A stretch of DNA of 63,717 bases, counting the filler, from Collodictyon triciliatum (Eukaryota), in assembly GCA_043381765.1 (NCBI GenBank). It is 4 parts of 4 records of this genome, joined end to end, with 100 filler letters (N's around TTAATTAATTAA, not from the genome) between each part and the next. Parts side by side here need not be neighbours in the genome. Positions count along the whole stretch, not along the records: positions 17,746 to 35,384 come from JBHJMP010001434.1; positions 35,485 to 53,104 come from JBHJMP010001435.1; positions 53,205 to 63,717 come from JBHJMP010001519.1; 1 more part is not named here. One strand, written 5' to 3'. Numbering within the stretch: position 1 is the stretch's first letter; every line of letters begins with the position of its first letter. The notes below the pieces were generated by a model. It was not told the DNA's origin, did no database searches, and saw only the letters and a program-made list of their open reading frames with translations. Below are positions 17,954 to 54,127 of this stretch, piece after piece. The translations under genes were made by a program, and so were the position numbers.

Positions 17954-18409
17954 GAACGGCTGATGGAGCAATCAGATGCCTACGAAGTGCGCGTCTGCAA
18001 CAAGTGCGGGCTATTCGCACGACGAGCAGAGGATGATACGTACTTGTGCAAGCCATGTGGAAATAACTTCGAGGTAGCCACCGCCATTTCTATTGCATGT
18101 TATAGGTGTCCTCTTTTCATGGCTTTTTGTCCATCCTCCGCACAATACGATACCCGCACACATAAAAACAGAGTCCCTTGGCCATGAATCGCTTCATACC
18201 GCATCAAATAATCATATCAAACCAAACTAACGATTTCCCCATGGCCGCCCTCCTCTCTATCCTGTCCCACTCCTTCTTCCTCTGACCTCCTCATATCCTC
18301 CCTTGCGTGCTGGGCGCATCAGATATCCATTGTGGTTCTGCCATACGCCTGCAAGCTTCTCTTCCAGGAACTGATGGCCATGTGCGTCGCCCCCCGAATC
18401 TTTGTCTAA
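17954..18409 (+). CDS. RPB2: RNA polymerase II second-largest subunit, last two exons (5' part lost at contig edge)
   Basis: Exons 17954-18073 and 18323-18409 give ERLMEQSDAYEVRVCNKCGLFA…[37 protein letters not shown]. The zinc-binding clamp and [14 protein letters not shown] favour RPB2 over RPC2. Confidence 0.85.
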
Positions 18410-18822
18410 CACAGACACGACCGAGTGCGTTTCCGGCTGCGCAGGTCCCAGCAGACAACGCCTCTGCCGGCTGCCCAACACCTGCTTCATACCATTTTTT
18501 CTATTTCTTTTCTTTTCTTTTCTTTTCTTTGTTTTTTCGCTGTCGCACGAACCGCCCCCTTACAGAATTATGACTAAAAGAAAGCAAGAGAGAAACATAC
18601 TGGTCCTTTTCTTTCTTTCTTTCTCTCTTTCTTTTTTTCTTTCTTTCCATTTCCTCTCTTCTTTGGAGAAGCAGACCCCATGCTTGATTTGCAGTGTGCT
18701 TTAATGATGGCATCCGGCTTAATTGAAGACAGAAAGGATAGAAAGGATAGAAAGGAAAAGTTGGAAACGGGAAGCAGCTTGTGTCCCAAGGACTGAGAGA
18801 CGGGACGAACAGAGACACACGC

Positions 18823-24538
<5,716 letters not shown>

Positions 24539-24980
24539 TTCAAGGGTGTTCTACAGGAAACATTGTGGTGAAAGAACAAAAAAAAAAAACGACTCTTGAG
24601 CCGCAACAGTTCCTTTGTTCTACAACCAAAATAACAAAAGAAGAAATAAAAACAAACAAAGCGGGGTTTCCCTCTCAAGGCATACAATTAGACCTGCGTG
24701 TTTCTTTTGTTTGTTTGGCTCTGACTCTTTGCTTGCGAGCCGCAGGACGATGCTTTTATTTGCTTTCCGCGCGGCTTGGGGGCGCACCGAATATCAATGG
24801 AATAAAATCTGGTATGTATGCATTATCCAAATATGGTTTCGGGTACACTCCAATTCATAGCTGGGTACATCGTCAGCACAGCGCTTTGGCTCGGTTGAGT
24901 GCGTTTGTCCAAGCAGGTTGCCCGAACACAAAACGCTTCTAAGACGCAACTCTCTGTTCGAAAGAAGGATTCTAAAACAA
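24539..24980. promoter_or_regulatory. Probable bidirectional promoter between head-to-head KATNAL2 and the L-type lectin gene
   Basis: Divergent start codons at 24538 (-) and 24981 (+), 442 bp apart. No specific motif is supported. Confidence 0.5.
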
Positions 24981-27181
24981 ATGGAGAGGCGGATGGCAAG
25001 GACAGCGAGAAGGTCATTGGCTTTTCCATCCATTGGGGCGCTGCTTTTCATCGTTTCCGTGATGACTTTGAGTTCCTGCGCAAAGGTTTTATTTTCTTTC
25101 GAGACTCGCACTTCCTCCATGCCTTCTCTTTCCTTTGTATATTTTTATTCTACTTGACTATTTTAATCGATGCTATATCCTTTATTTTTATTTATTTATT
25201 TTTGCACTTGCTCTGCTTTTTTATTATTTTTTTCTGCTGAAGTCTTGTTCTGCTCTGCTATTTTTTTTTTTTTACTTATATATTTATATATTCTCATATT
25301 ATTACTGTAGCAAACGACGCTACCTCCAACCGAAACTGACACGATCTCTGACAAAACTCGGTTTGAATACAAATATTCGTTTCGCCCTCCGTTTTACATG
25401 GGTATGATATGATATGATATGATATGATATGATATGATATGATATGATATGATATGATATGATATGATATGATATGATATGATATGATATGATATGATAT
25501 GATATGATATGAAGTCTTATCCAACATAGTTCACACATAAATATACCGCACAGTTCTTATGACCCATCCTTTTTTTCTTTCCTCTTGCAAAGTGATATTG
25601 ATGAATCCTTATAGCACCGTTGTCAATTTTCTTGTTACTGATGCGCAAGAATGTTTTATGCACTAAACGGAGACTTAATAATGAAAAAAAAAGCTCGTTA
25701 TGCCGCAATTCCGTTCTGGGATTTTGGAGGAAGCACGATGATTAATGAGGGTTACATCCGACTGACTCCTCCGATTCCGAACCGAAGCGGCTGGATATGG
25801 AACAAAAGGGTATATTTGACTTAGTTATACACGATGTATATTCCATCGAGTGTCGGTGGAACAAATTTGTATGTATTTATTTCGCAAATTCCAACCCCCT
25901 TTCATGAAATGAAAAGAGAAAAAAATTCTTACTTAGCCTTCGACGATGGAAGAATGGGAAGTCATTTTACGTTTTCGTATACATGGAGATGACTAGTAAA
26001 AATTTAATCGAGCTTCTTTTTTTACATGTCCCTTCTCTTCATCCGTTCGTTTGGACAGTTCATACATCCCATTTCCAGCTAGATAATTAGCTTGCAGTTG
26101 ATACTTTGATTGAAGAATGACATGTCTTTTACGCATACTACATCATACCTATGTTATTTATTTATTCATCCTTTTAAAGCACTGGTGCAGATGGAATGGC
26201 ATTCTGGTACACGAAAGAGCCTCTCAAAGTGAGCTATATCATATCACGATTAAAAACAAACAAACAAAACAATCGTCCTGAGAAGAAATTCGTCAGTGTA
26301 TATTAAGACGGTTTTATATGCTTTTATTTTATCAATATAGACTGGCAATACGTTCGGAAGCAAAGATGACTTTACTGGCTTAGGAATTTTCTTTGATACT
26401 TTTGACAACGACGGAAAGGTTTGTAAAATTTTAACTTTTTTTTTTGTCAGCGTCACTGGCATATTCAAAGCAATCATTTAGCATTCAGGTTATTCATGAT
26501 ATATATTTAGCTCTTATGTAAACTGTTATAAATCTGATATAATTGGTGCTATCTATACATGAAACGCAGGGAGATTTTCCAGCCATTGTAGCTATGCTTA
26601 ACAATGGAACAAGGACATACTCGTTCCATAATGACGGAGCTGACCAAAGGTTTTGTATAGTTTTTCCATATTTCTTATGTCTTTTCTTTTTCTTTTCTTT
26701 TTCCTTTTTCCTTTTTCCTTTTTCCTTTTTCCTTTTTCCTTTTTCTTTTTTCTTTTCTTTTTTCTTTTCTCTTTCTTTTTCTTTTTCTCTTTCTTTTTCT
26801 CTTTCTCTTTCTCTTTCTCTTTCTTTTTCTTTTTCTTGCTTTCCCTTCGTAGCAAAAGGAAAATCCTTTCTGTCAAAGTAGATATATAAAATTTCTAATC
26901 CACTTAAGTATTGGACGCTGTTTGGCTTCACTGAGAAATTCCAAAGTTCCGATTAAAACCCGAGTCAAGTATCAGTCTCAGACATTGACCGTAATTTAGC
27001 CCATAAAAAAAAAAAATCTCAATTGAAAGCATCCTTGAACTGATTTTTGAAGGGGAACTTGTGGTCATCTCCTCGCGTATATTGAGAAAAAAAATAAAAC
27101 ACAATATGTTTTTAGGTGGACCTTTCTTATGAAGACCCAGAGACCCTTTGGAGGCCATGTATTTCGGTATGCTTCCCAGGA

Positions 27182-27279
<98 letters not shown>

Positions 27280-29632
27280 ATTCTTGTAAGTATATGTTCT
27301 ACGGCTATTATCTTTTCTCAGGATTTGCCCTATTTTTTTAAATGGAAGTAAAAACTATACATATGTTTATGTGGCTTATTAACTTTTCACCCTTTATGAT
27401 TCTGTTTTATTAATCGGTTCGTCAATCATCGATTTAGACTCGGATTGAGAATCTTCCGAGCGGCTTTTATTTTGGAGTCACCGCTGCCACCGGAGGGCAT
27501 TCAGGTACCATTCGATAGTCACAGATATTGTTCAAGCTGTTTGAAAATAATTATAAAAAAGGAAGTCATGATTGAAACCGCCTTCCCCGTCATATTTCAT
27601 AAAACTTCTGCAATGAACATAGACCATCACGATATATATGGTGTTGAATCAACGGACTTGAATCCGATACCATACGAAGAAGTGGTACGGTTCTACCTTA
27701 ACTTGAATTTTTTTGTATCAAATATCTATCTGTGTTCTATCCTTTTACATACCTAATCCTTAGCTAGAATCTTTTTACTTTCGTTTTCATTTGTTCTTAT
27801 CTAATATTGAATTCTCATATCTTTTTGGTAATTTATCACGACATTTAAATGTTGCTATTTTCATGAACCGTTCTCAATTTTGATTTACAGCTTCGTCGAC
27901 TCCGAGAGAATTCACCACACGTAAAAATTAAAATAAAAATAATGTACAATGTCGCAAGTTGATAATCAAATGTTTGCACATAAATAGCCTATCATATATG
28001 AAAGCACTACTTTATTCTGTTATTTTAAATATTTACATCATTCGCAAGTATGTCAAACAAGGATTATCCGCCGAACCAAGCAACCCAGCTGGGAGTGCGG
28101 AACCTTCAGCATCAGGTTGATATTTTATTATGGAGAATTCCCAACCAACACTCAGAAGACTTGTAAAAAAAATCGTATTTTGCTTACCAAAATCCTTACC
28201 GATCTTATAGCAAACAGTCCTCCTCCGAAAATCAGCGACCCGTTGCCCCCACCAAAACAGTCAGCAGAAACTTCGTCCTCGACTCTTGAAAATGCTGTCT
28301 CTTACGAATCTGTCAAAAGCGAGGATACTGGGAAAAACCCCTTGTCCCAATGCCCAACAAAAGGCCTGGATTCTTTACAATCTGACTTGGAATCCAAGGT
28401 GATAATATTGCTTTCCATTTGAACACGCTTCCTGACCATTTGTACGGTTTGACGAGGCTTTTTTTTCTTGTTTTTTTCTGTTCATTAATCATAAAACTTA
28501 CAGCTCTTTTTGATGGCGTGTAGCTCAAGGAAATCACCGAAATACTGAAGACACAGACATCAGAGTCTGAAAAGAACCAGGCCGAGGCTGCCAAGGAGGT
28601 GGAGAAAATCAGGAAGCAGAACGAGGCTATATCTAACGCCTTCCAAAAACAAGCCGAAAGCGTAAGCCATATCTAATTTATGTTAATACGCATTATTTTA
28701 TGTAAAACATAAGAAAATGGTCACTTTTCCGTAAGCAAATAAATCTTGCCCTCTCTTGATTGTCATTCACGCGCATTAGATATCTCAACTATCGACAACA
28801 CTCGAAAAGCTCCAGGAGTTGCTTGATGGGCATAAGTAAAGCATATACCCAACAGAAAGCTCTGATACCTTGAAAACTCTTGACCTTCCTTTCCTTCAGA
28901 TAAACCTCTACGGTATATACAAAAGAACCATGCTTAGGTGTGTAAATTAAGCTCATCCTCATTTCGCACATCATTCTCTATCAGAGACCACGTCGTTGGC
29001 GTCCTTAGTGAGCAGGAACGTAACGACGAATCGATGAAATCTAGTCTTCATGACTTAAGTGCGATGGTTGTCCAACTCCGAGATATTGTTTCTGTGCGTA
29101 CTTTTCATGAAACTCTTATTGATTGAACCGATTTGAAAACCATTGGCCTTGGTCGGTGATATATATACTTATTTGAAACAAATACAACAATAATGAAGCA
29201 TTCTAGATTATCCTTCATGCATTACATTTAACCGCAGGATAGTCATTTAGTGTAATAAAATCGTGATGTGGATTTATTATGCCACCATAATCATTAAGCT
29301 ATTCCTGTTTGATTCACAGTCGTCCAATATGAAGCATGAAGCCCTTGTGCGGGACGTCGCAAATAATCTTCGAGATACTGTGCACAGTGGAAGTTCATCG
29401 ATTCAGTGGTACGTTTGATTCGTAACACGCTGGGTTTTGAATGATTTAAACGACTTTATTACTGCACAATATATACTCCCCTCCACCAGAACTCCCAAAA
29501 TAAAATAATTCATCAAACCATCTCACCTGACGACATAATACTAGGTCGTTGATTGTGATGTTCGCGATTCTTTTTGGCGTTCTTGTCTACGCATGGAAAA
29601 ATAAGAAATCTGTTTTCTCATCCATGGCATAA
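24981..29632 (+). CDS. L-type lectin cargo receptor, ERGIC-53/VIP36 (LMAN) family; signal peptide, lectin domain, coiled-coil stalk, C-terminal TM
   Basis: RFEYKYSFRPPF, IPFWDFGGS, YIRLTP, GADGMAFWY, FTGLGIFFDTFDNDG, FYFGVTAATGGHSDHHDI. TM segment WSLIVMFAILFGVLVYAW and tail KNKKSVFSSMA*. Confidence 0.9.
25403..25511. repeat. (ATATG)n microsatellite starting at an intron donor
   Basis: Direct reading; it follows G|GTATG directly. Confidence 0.95.
27182..27276. repeat. (TTA)n microsatellite, intronic
   Basis: Direct reading. Confidence 0.95.
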
Positions 29633-29700
29633 ACTGGAAATGAAAAACATATGTAATCTAATTGCCATCAGTGGCATTATCTTTTGGGTCTGCTGTTTTC

Positions 29701-29746
<46 letters not shown>

Positions 29747-30057
29747 TTGGAGAAAACAAATTTTTTTTCTTACATAATTCAGCATTTTTATCTTTTCTCT
29801 CCCTTATCCATAAACTCGAAAAAAAAATGGCAGAGTTTATTCAATTTGAAGTCCTTGAGGTGATAAATGATTCGAGAAAGGGCGATTGGTGAAGTAGGGA
29901 ATTAAGCAGAGGAAAAATAAAAGGAGGGGCTTTATGATGGGCTCAATGGACTTCATTTCATTTTTATTTTTATTTATTTATCTTTAAAGAAATTGAATCA
30001 TTTTTGAGTTTCCTCCATCGACTATTTTTTTCTTTTTTGCCATGAATCAGTTGTTTT

Positions 30058-33000
30058 CTACTCAACTGAAATCGGCTCCTTACGAATCTCCATCAGCGGG
30101 ACGCAGTTTCGGCCTTGCAGGTTTTGGTTTGGAATCGATGTCGACTCAAACTCGGAAATAGGCGCCTGCACAAACTCAATGCGGCTTTTGTTCTGAAACA
30201 CATACAGCTTATTCGGGTCCAGATTCCAGTAGTACGGTGCGTACTTTACAGAGTAATCGCCGCTGTCCAGCAGGCGCTTGTAGATGATTTGTGTGTTGCG
30301 TGGGAGGAAGTCGGCGACGGACTGCAAAAGTGCGAGTCTCGACCGGCCAAAGTCAGATTCATACCAGTAGAATATGTACGGAAGGACAATCTGTTTTATT
30401 CGCAAGGCAAAGGTTAAAACAGTCTGTCGAGAATTTCTTTTGACGCCTGATGCAACTGGAAAAAAAATAGAAATGGAAGTATTGTTCTGTAATTCCCTTT
30501 TCTTTTTTTCCTTTTTTTTTTTTTTTAATGATTTTATTCGCCGTAATGATACTGACGACTAATGTAGTCAATTATCGATGTGATATTTGTATGTTTTTTT
30601 AAAGGCACGGTCGTGAAGAAAAATAGGAAGAGCGACCATTGATGAAAAAGGAAAGAAAATCTCACAAGTTTTTTTGTGTTGTCCACTATGACATGGGTTG
30701 AGCAGTATTCTTCAGCAGCCGCAATTAACTCTTGCTCGAGATACTAAAACCACATTATAAATATTAGCAAAATCCAGGTTTGCTCTTCCATGAACACCAC
30801 ATGGCCTTTCCTGTTTCATTTCATCATATGTGTAATATTGTGGACTTTGCTTCATAATCTAATTGCTCCTTCTTACTTGGCTATTTATTTATTCACTTCA
30901 AAAAAAAAAAAAGGAAAGAAAAAGAAAGAAAGAATGCTACCTCAGAGTCATACAGATACAAGTTTGGGCCAGAGTATACCCCACGAGAGACAGCAAAGTG
31001 AACTCTGGGGTCTATCTTACCCAAAGCAAACTGCGCTCGAGGGTCACGAGCACTAAAGTGTGTTCTTCTCCCGGATGTATTCCGATTGGCTATGATGTAA
31101 TTAGAAACATTTACCATCATCATTCACGGGGAAAGAAATTGAGCTTGTTAGGGATATTAATTTGTATTGTTTTTTTTTCTTTCTTTCCTTAAACTTTGGC
31201 ACTGAAAAGTTGAAACCTCTGAGAATTCCGTAAAATATGTCGTTGAGATTGAACGTGTATTGCCCGATACGATAGCGGACTCGTTGAAGGAAAGCATTGC
31301 GCTGAAGTTGGGTGTTTGGAGAGCCACGAATGCAGTAGCCATGGAGAGACAAAGCAGCAAAGATGTTGAGGAAAAAAGGCACTTTTTGTTCCGATGACAT
31401 CGTGGATATATCGACCTATCATTTAAATATTCTACATCAACTCAAAGAAAATAATGCAGATATTTTAATCCATCGATTACCGCATTTTATTTTGAACTGA
31501 AACTATTTCTTTTGTTCGTAACACCAGAGATTTAATAAATAAAGGAGAAGAAAAAAGAAGGAAATTACGTGATGCAGACGCGAAGCCAAGTGGTTGTAGG
31601 CTCGGAACTCTTCATATCCCGAAAGAGTCTATGTTATGACCATTTGGGTAAAAAAGAAAAAATAGAACGCAAGGGAATGGCTGAATGAATAAATGAATCA
31701 CGGAAGAGAGAAATAAAACAATGATCACTTTTAAGTCGGTTGCGCTGGTAGACTTTAAATAGTGCACAAATATGTAACTGATTTGCTTCAGCAGGGCTAT
31801 TGACAGCCTCTCTGGCTCGACATTTTCCGCCGGTGAATATGCAACGGGATTCAACTCACTATCAGAATCTTCTTCCTGTTAAATAATTACAACTTTAGAA
31901 GTTATATATAGTTTGAAAAAAAGAGTGATATGAGCTTATTCTGTAAAAAAAAAAAAAATTAATAATTCAGATATGTTGTAGCTGATGTAAGCAGAACCCG
32001 TACTAATGCCATATATCTTTATCTGAGAATATATTATGTAACTCAAAGGACCTTACCGAGAACACATATAGGTTTGTTCCGTCTCTAAATATGCTGTCCT
32101 TTTTGACTGAGCGAATAAATCCATCCGTCAGAAGGCGCTGTAGTATAGTGATAGAGTCGTTTTTTGTCTTCAAGTCTTTCTGGTATGTGCCCCATAGCCA
32201 CGAGGATGCATCCTGGCCCGTGAAGGACATTCCCACTTTTCTGAGGCTTGACCAATGGTTTTTTAACGGGATGCCAGTCTTGGAGTCCTTCATTCTGATT
32301 TTCAAGTCTGGATATAATGATAACAATGCATGAATATATGATGGCTTCCAAACTATTCTTAGAGGTATACACAAAGAAAATCGGGATGGATGGACTTTTA
32401 CCTTCCAAATCGATTGTCTCTGGCAAGTCCTCATCAATATTGATGTTGTCTTCCAGGCTTTCAAACTCATCGTCGCTGGTGAGCAGCTCCGTCGCATTCT
32501 GCGTCAAGTCAATAATGGAAGCATCCATGGTAGCGTTCAGTGGCTGTAAAGTTACCGGAGAGTTTTCTAGCTTTTCGTCTCTGTGCTTATCCACATCGCT
32601 CCTCTCACTTTCAGCAGATTCAGGCTTCTCTTCGAAGAGCACTTGTGCTGACGAAAACTCCTTATGCTCTGTGATGACTTCTACAGCAGATTGCATTCCG
32701 GCCTCGATGGCACGATTTCCTTTGCTGCTTGTGCGTTTTTGTGTATGTTGATATTCATTCTCCTGTAGTGGATGAGCTGCAACCAGCAAAGGGCTCTCTG
32801 GGATGGAATCAAGACTTTCGTGCAACAAATTGCTTCGAACTTGAGAAGGAGGTGTCTGAATCGTCCGCAGTGCGGTTGCTTTGATTTTCTGGATGGTGAT
32901 AAACTTCAACAGAGTCCAAAGGACGTAGCACAAGATGACGGTATTCAATGCAATCCACGAAAAGACAAAGATTTCGCCAGAGTCGTAAAATGTTCGCCAG

Positions 33001-35036
33001 CAAAGAGCAAAAGGTAAAAAACAGGAGACTGGCATGAAAAATGACATGTTCCACAGAAAATCATCACTGAAGGGTGCGTCCTCCTCGCCAAACCGCTGGA
33101 CTGTGTTTTGCATTGGATTTTGTGCGAGTGATTGGGTACTTTGTATAGGTGTAGCTTGGTTGGCCATCCTGCTCACTGACCGCTTTCTGGAGAAACTGCC
33201 TTCTGGATTCGACTATGGTAGATAAAGTGGATCAGTTGGGTTGATATCCATACTTGTTGATATGATTATGACTCCCGCAAGCAAACACCATCAGATGACC
33301 GTTCCATGTGGCGTAGGTTTTATTAGGTACAGTTTATGCTCAAGAAAGAAAATAAGAGAGTCAGCACATGAGAAAATGCTTTATGGGCTATGTGATATAA
33401 TAACGTGCGCATATGCTGATTACTGTGTCTGTTGTTTGAGAGCCTCGGCGACGGCGTGGTGTATCCGATGGTCCTCCAGAACGAGAGCTGGTTGATTCCC
33501 TATGCAACCCACGATACTCTGATGCTTTTAAGCATTCTGCATCTTGGCTTTGACCTGACGGGCCAGCTTCATCGGCGTTCGGTTGAATAATTGTGGACAA
33601 GAGACTCTGTGCTACTTTTCCGGAGGCGCTGTCTTTTTCTTGCTCGAATGGAATTCCGTACATCTTAGCCACGGTGTGTCCAGGATATACATGGAACGGA
33701 AGTCCGTTTGGGCGGCGGAACTTTTTGTCGGCTACGACTTCTTTGCTGAATTCTCGGTCGATAAGGCGCCCCTGAAATATGTGCGTTTGAGTAAAACTGG
33801 TATGTGGTGCGAGTACGATGTGATGCATATAATGAAGGCTCAAATTTGGAATTGGGCTCATGTTTCTTGAAATAAGACGAAGATGTTTTAGTTGGAGGAT
33901 GTATTGCATAAAGAGGTATGGTGTTTTGCTTGAATCCATAAATTTGTTACAAAATATTCATTTTTCATTTCATTTTAAAAATCATAAAAAATCACCTTTC
34001 CGGCATTCTTTGAGTAGGTTTTAATACAAAATGGCTCTGCAAAGTTGGCTATAGATGGCAGAGAAAGAGACGCTGTTTGTGTGAAATATGTCCTACAGAA
34101 AGTAAGATATTAACATCTAGTTGGGTTAGTTCCGTTATCTTGATTCATTTTATGGCAATTGAAGTGTAATATCGGTGTATAAAATAGTGTTTATTAACCA
34201 CTAATGTACGTAACGAATTGGATGTGATTGTGAATACTCTCTTACGGTTTTTTTATTTTCCTTTCAATTTTGTGCAAGATGATAATACCTTCGTACGGGT
34301 TAGAATACGATTTTATAATCTAAAAAAAAAATTACCAGTTTGGGTTCGTAGGATGCTGCTTGTAATAGCACTCTTCATGCATAACAAGTGTCCCGCTGAA
34401 TGATAAATTATCCGTAATTAATTGCATAGTCTTGTTTTTGTAGTCCACAATCATCTTTTGACTAAACTGGAGCTCGTAGCAGTTCAGCATCTACGATGAG
34501 TTGTGTTAAGAATTGGAGTATCATCAGACAAAGATAGATGTGATTAATCACACGTCATCGGGAATGAACTCACCCTCTTCACCCAGTTCGGACATTCGAG
34601 ATCGACACGGCACCTTCTGCATTTTTATATAAAAAAATTAAAATAAAATAATAACCTATATGAATGGATGCAATGATGATGAGAGGGCAAGAAACGAAAC
34701 AAAAAAAAAAGCGCGAATAATAATTTTTATCTTTAACGAAATAGAGTGCATACAAGGAAAATAAAAGCAACATTTCTATGGATTGTATGTTTCAAGCGTA
34801 TTATTTTTTTTTTATTTTTTTTACCGATCTTCCTTCTCGACGAAAGTGTCCTGATCGAATGTATATTCAAGTATTACTGTTTCAAGTAGAAAGGGCATCT
34901 TTGGGTTCGTAGGGAAGCGTCGTTTGTATGCCTGTCAGGGTCAGACCATCGTAAATATTTCACAATTGAGCAAAGTGGAGCTTGAATAAGAGAAGAAAGG
35001 GAGTATACTATTCAAAAGTAGAAGTTTTGACAAAGG

Positions 35037-35111
<75 letters not shown>

Positions 35112-35190
35112 GTAATAGCTGAAAGAGAACCTCAAGGATGACTTCCCATGGGAGATCGTACGTATATTCCTGAGTGTCCTGTTTAACCAT
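30058..35190 (-). CDS. Multidomain protein: PRELI/MSF1 lipid-transfer domain, two predicted TM helices, DEP domain, DUF547 domain
   Basis: N-terminus MVKQDTQEYTYDLPWEVILEAYKRRFPTNP…RRCRVDLECPNW…EECYYKQHPTNPNWTYFTQTASL resembles the SEC14L1-type PRELI domain. A hydrophobic pair lies at about 32900-33060. DEP-like SFTGQDASSWL…LQRLLTDGFIRSV…FRDGTNLYVF. DUF547 KVPFFLNIF…YRIGQYTFNLNDIFYGILR…DPRVHFA…IFYWYESDFG. Confidence 0.8.
35038..35110. repeat. (TAA)n microsatellite, intronic
   Basis: Direct reading. Confidence 0.95.
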
Positions 35191-35284
35191 GACAGGGTTT
35201 TTTCTCCGAGCTGTGGATATTGAAGTGTCACTAATTGGCTATACTTATTGCACACATCGAAGGAGCCTTTTTTTTCTTTTGTTT

Positions 35285-35384
35285 TTTTCTTCTTTTTCTT
35301 CTTTTTCTTCTTTTTCTTCTTTTTCTTCTTTTTCTTCTTTTTCTTCTTTTTCTTCTTTTTCTTCTTTTTCTTCTTTTTCTTCTT
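35285..35384. repeat. (TTTTTCTTC)n repeat at contig end
   Basis: Direct reading. Confidence 0.9.
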
Positions 35385-35484
35385 NNNNNNNNNNNNNNNN
35401 NNNNNNNNNNNNNNNNNNNNNNNNNNNNTTAATTAATTAANNNNNNNNNNNNNNNNNNNNNNNNNNNNNNNNNNNNNNNNNNNN
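35385..35484. other. Artificial contig spacer (44N-TTAATTAATTAA-44N)
   Basis: Same linker as 17646-17745. Confidence 0.97.
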
Positions 35485-35537
35485 GTTAGCAATATCAGCA
35501 ACGTAGCTTTTTCTTTTGTATGACCGTGTCAGATATC

Positions 35538-52930
<17,393 letters not shown>

Positions 52931-52985
52931 TGGCCGCACTCCTTTTTTCTTTCCTTCTTATTGTCGGCCTGCGTTTTTCCTTCTC

Positions 52986-53104
52986 TTTGTCTTTGTCTTT
53001 GTCTTTGTCTTTGTCTTTGTCTTTGTCTTTGTCTTTGTCTTTGTCTTTGTCTTTGTCTTTGTCTTTGTCTTTGTCTTTGTCTTTGTCTTTGTCTTTGTCT
53101 TTGT
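52986..53104. repeat. (TTTGTC)n microsatellite at contig end
   Basis: Direct reading. Confidence 0.95.
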
Positions 53105-53204
53105 NNNNNNNNNNNNNNNNNNNNNNNNNNNNNNNNNNNNNNNNNNNNTTAATTAATTAANNNNNNNNNNNNNNNNNNNNNNNNNNNNNNNNNNNNNNNN
53201 NNNN
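53105..53204. other. Artificial contig spacer (44N-TTAATTAATTAA-44N)
   Basis: Same linker as 17646-17745. Confidence 0.97.
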
Positions 53205-53308
53205 ATCTTGATGGCAAAATTATCAAAATATTTCATTATGGTAACCCCCACCCCCCCACTATAAATAGAAGATTTATTCAAATAACCCAATGCACAAAAT
53301 TTATCTAC

Positions 53309-54079
53309 CTTCTGCGCAATGGCTTTGAGCCCGTATCTCTGGGTGAGATAATCATAAACAAACTGGGCTGCTGGTGTCATGGCAATAGTTGGGTCGGACT
53401 GATATTTTTTTTATTGTGGAATAAAATGAATTAAAACAAGAAATACAACTTCATAAATCATTCGGCACTCAAACATTCTAACCTTATAATTTTTCACTCG
53501 ATCATCCAGAATTTGAAGAATAAGTTTGCGGAGTGATGTAAGGACCATAAGGCTACCAGCAATCTTAGTTTCTATGAAATACTTTTTTACTTGACTTGCA
53601 AATCAAATTAAAAGAAACTCTTGGTGTAAAAATGATATCCGTCGATTATTATTATTATTATTATTGTTATTATTATCACCTGCATTCGTAAACAAGCGAA
53701 GGTTTGAGACGATAATTCGAGTTTTGTTGTCTTTCTTGACTTCCTGTTATATACAATTATTAACCAGTTATTCACACGTACCACACGTTACAGGGTTTAG
53801 ATGAGATATGAATTATATGGAAACAAATTTTTTAGGAAAAATACCATAATTGCATCCTCATCTGTTTTCACTTCTGGGACTATAGTTGGATACATAATTG
53901 AGTTTTTCTGCTTTTTCGGAAGATTTTTTAAATAAAAATGAAACTATTATAATGGATTCTGAATAAGTCTCCATATTTACGTCAAACCTAAATCACGATG
54001 CTGTCCGATATATTTCATGAGTCTTCGTGGCTATAATAACAATAACAATAATAACAATAATAACAACAACAACAACAAC

Positions 54080-54127
<48 letters not shown>

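Noticed and set aside
24548-24561. GTTCTACAGGAAAC just upstream of KATNAL2 as an RFX X-box
   Set aside because: Only a partial match, no similar site seen at the other ciliary genes, and RFX presence is unknown.
25990-25996. In-frame TAG in a lectin exon suggesting stop-codon reassignment
   Set aside because: It is a split codon at a splice donor (TA|gt…ag|C = Tyr). All genes end in normal TAA/TAG, so the standard code fits.
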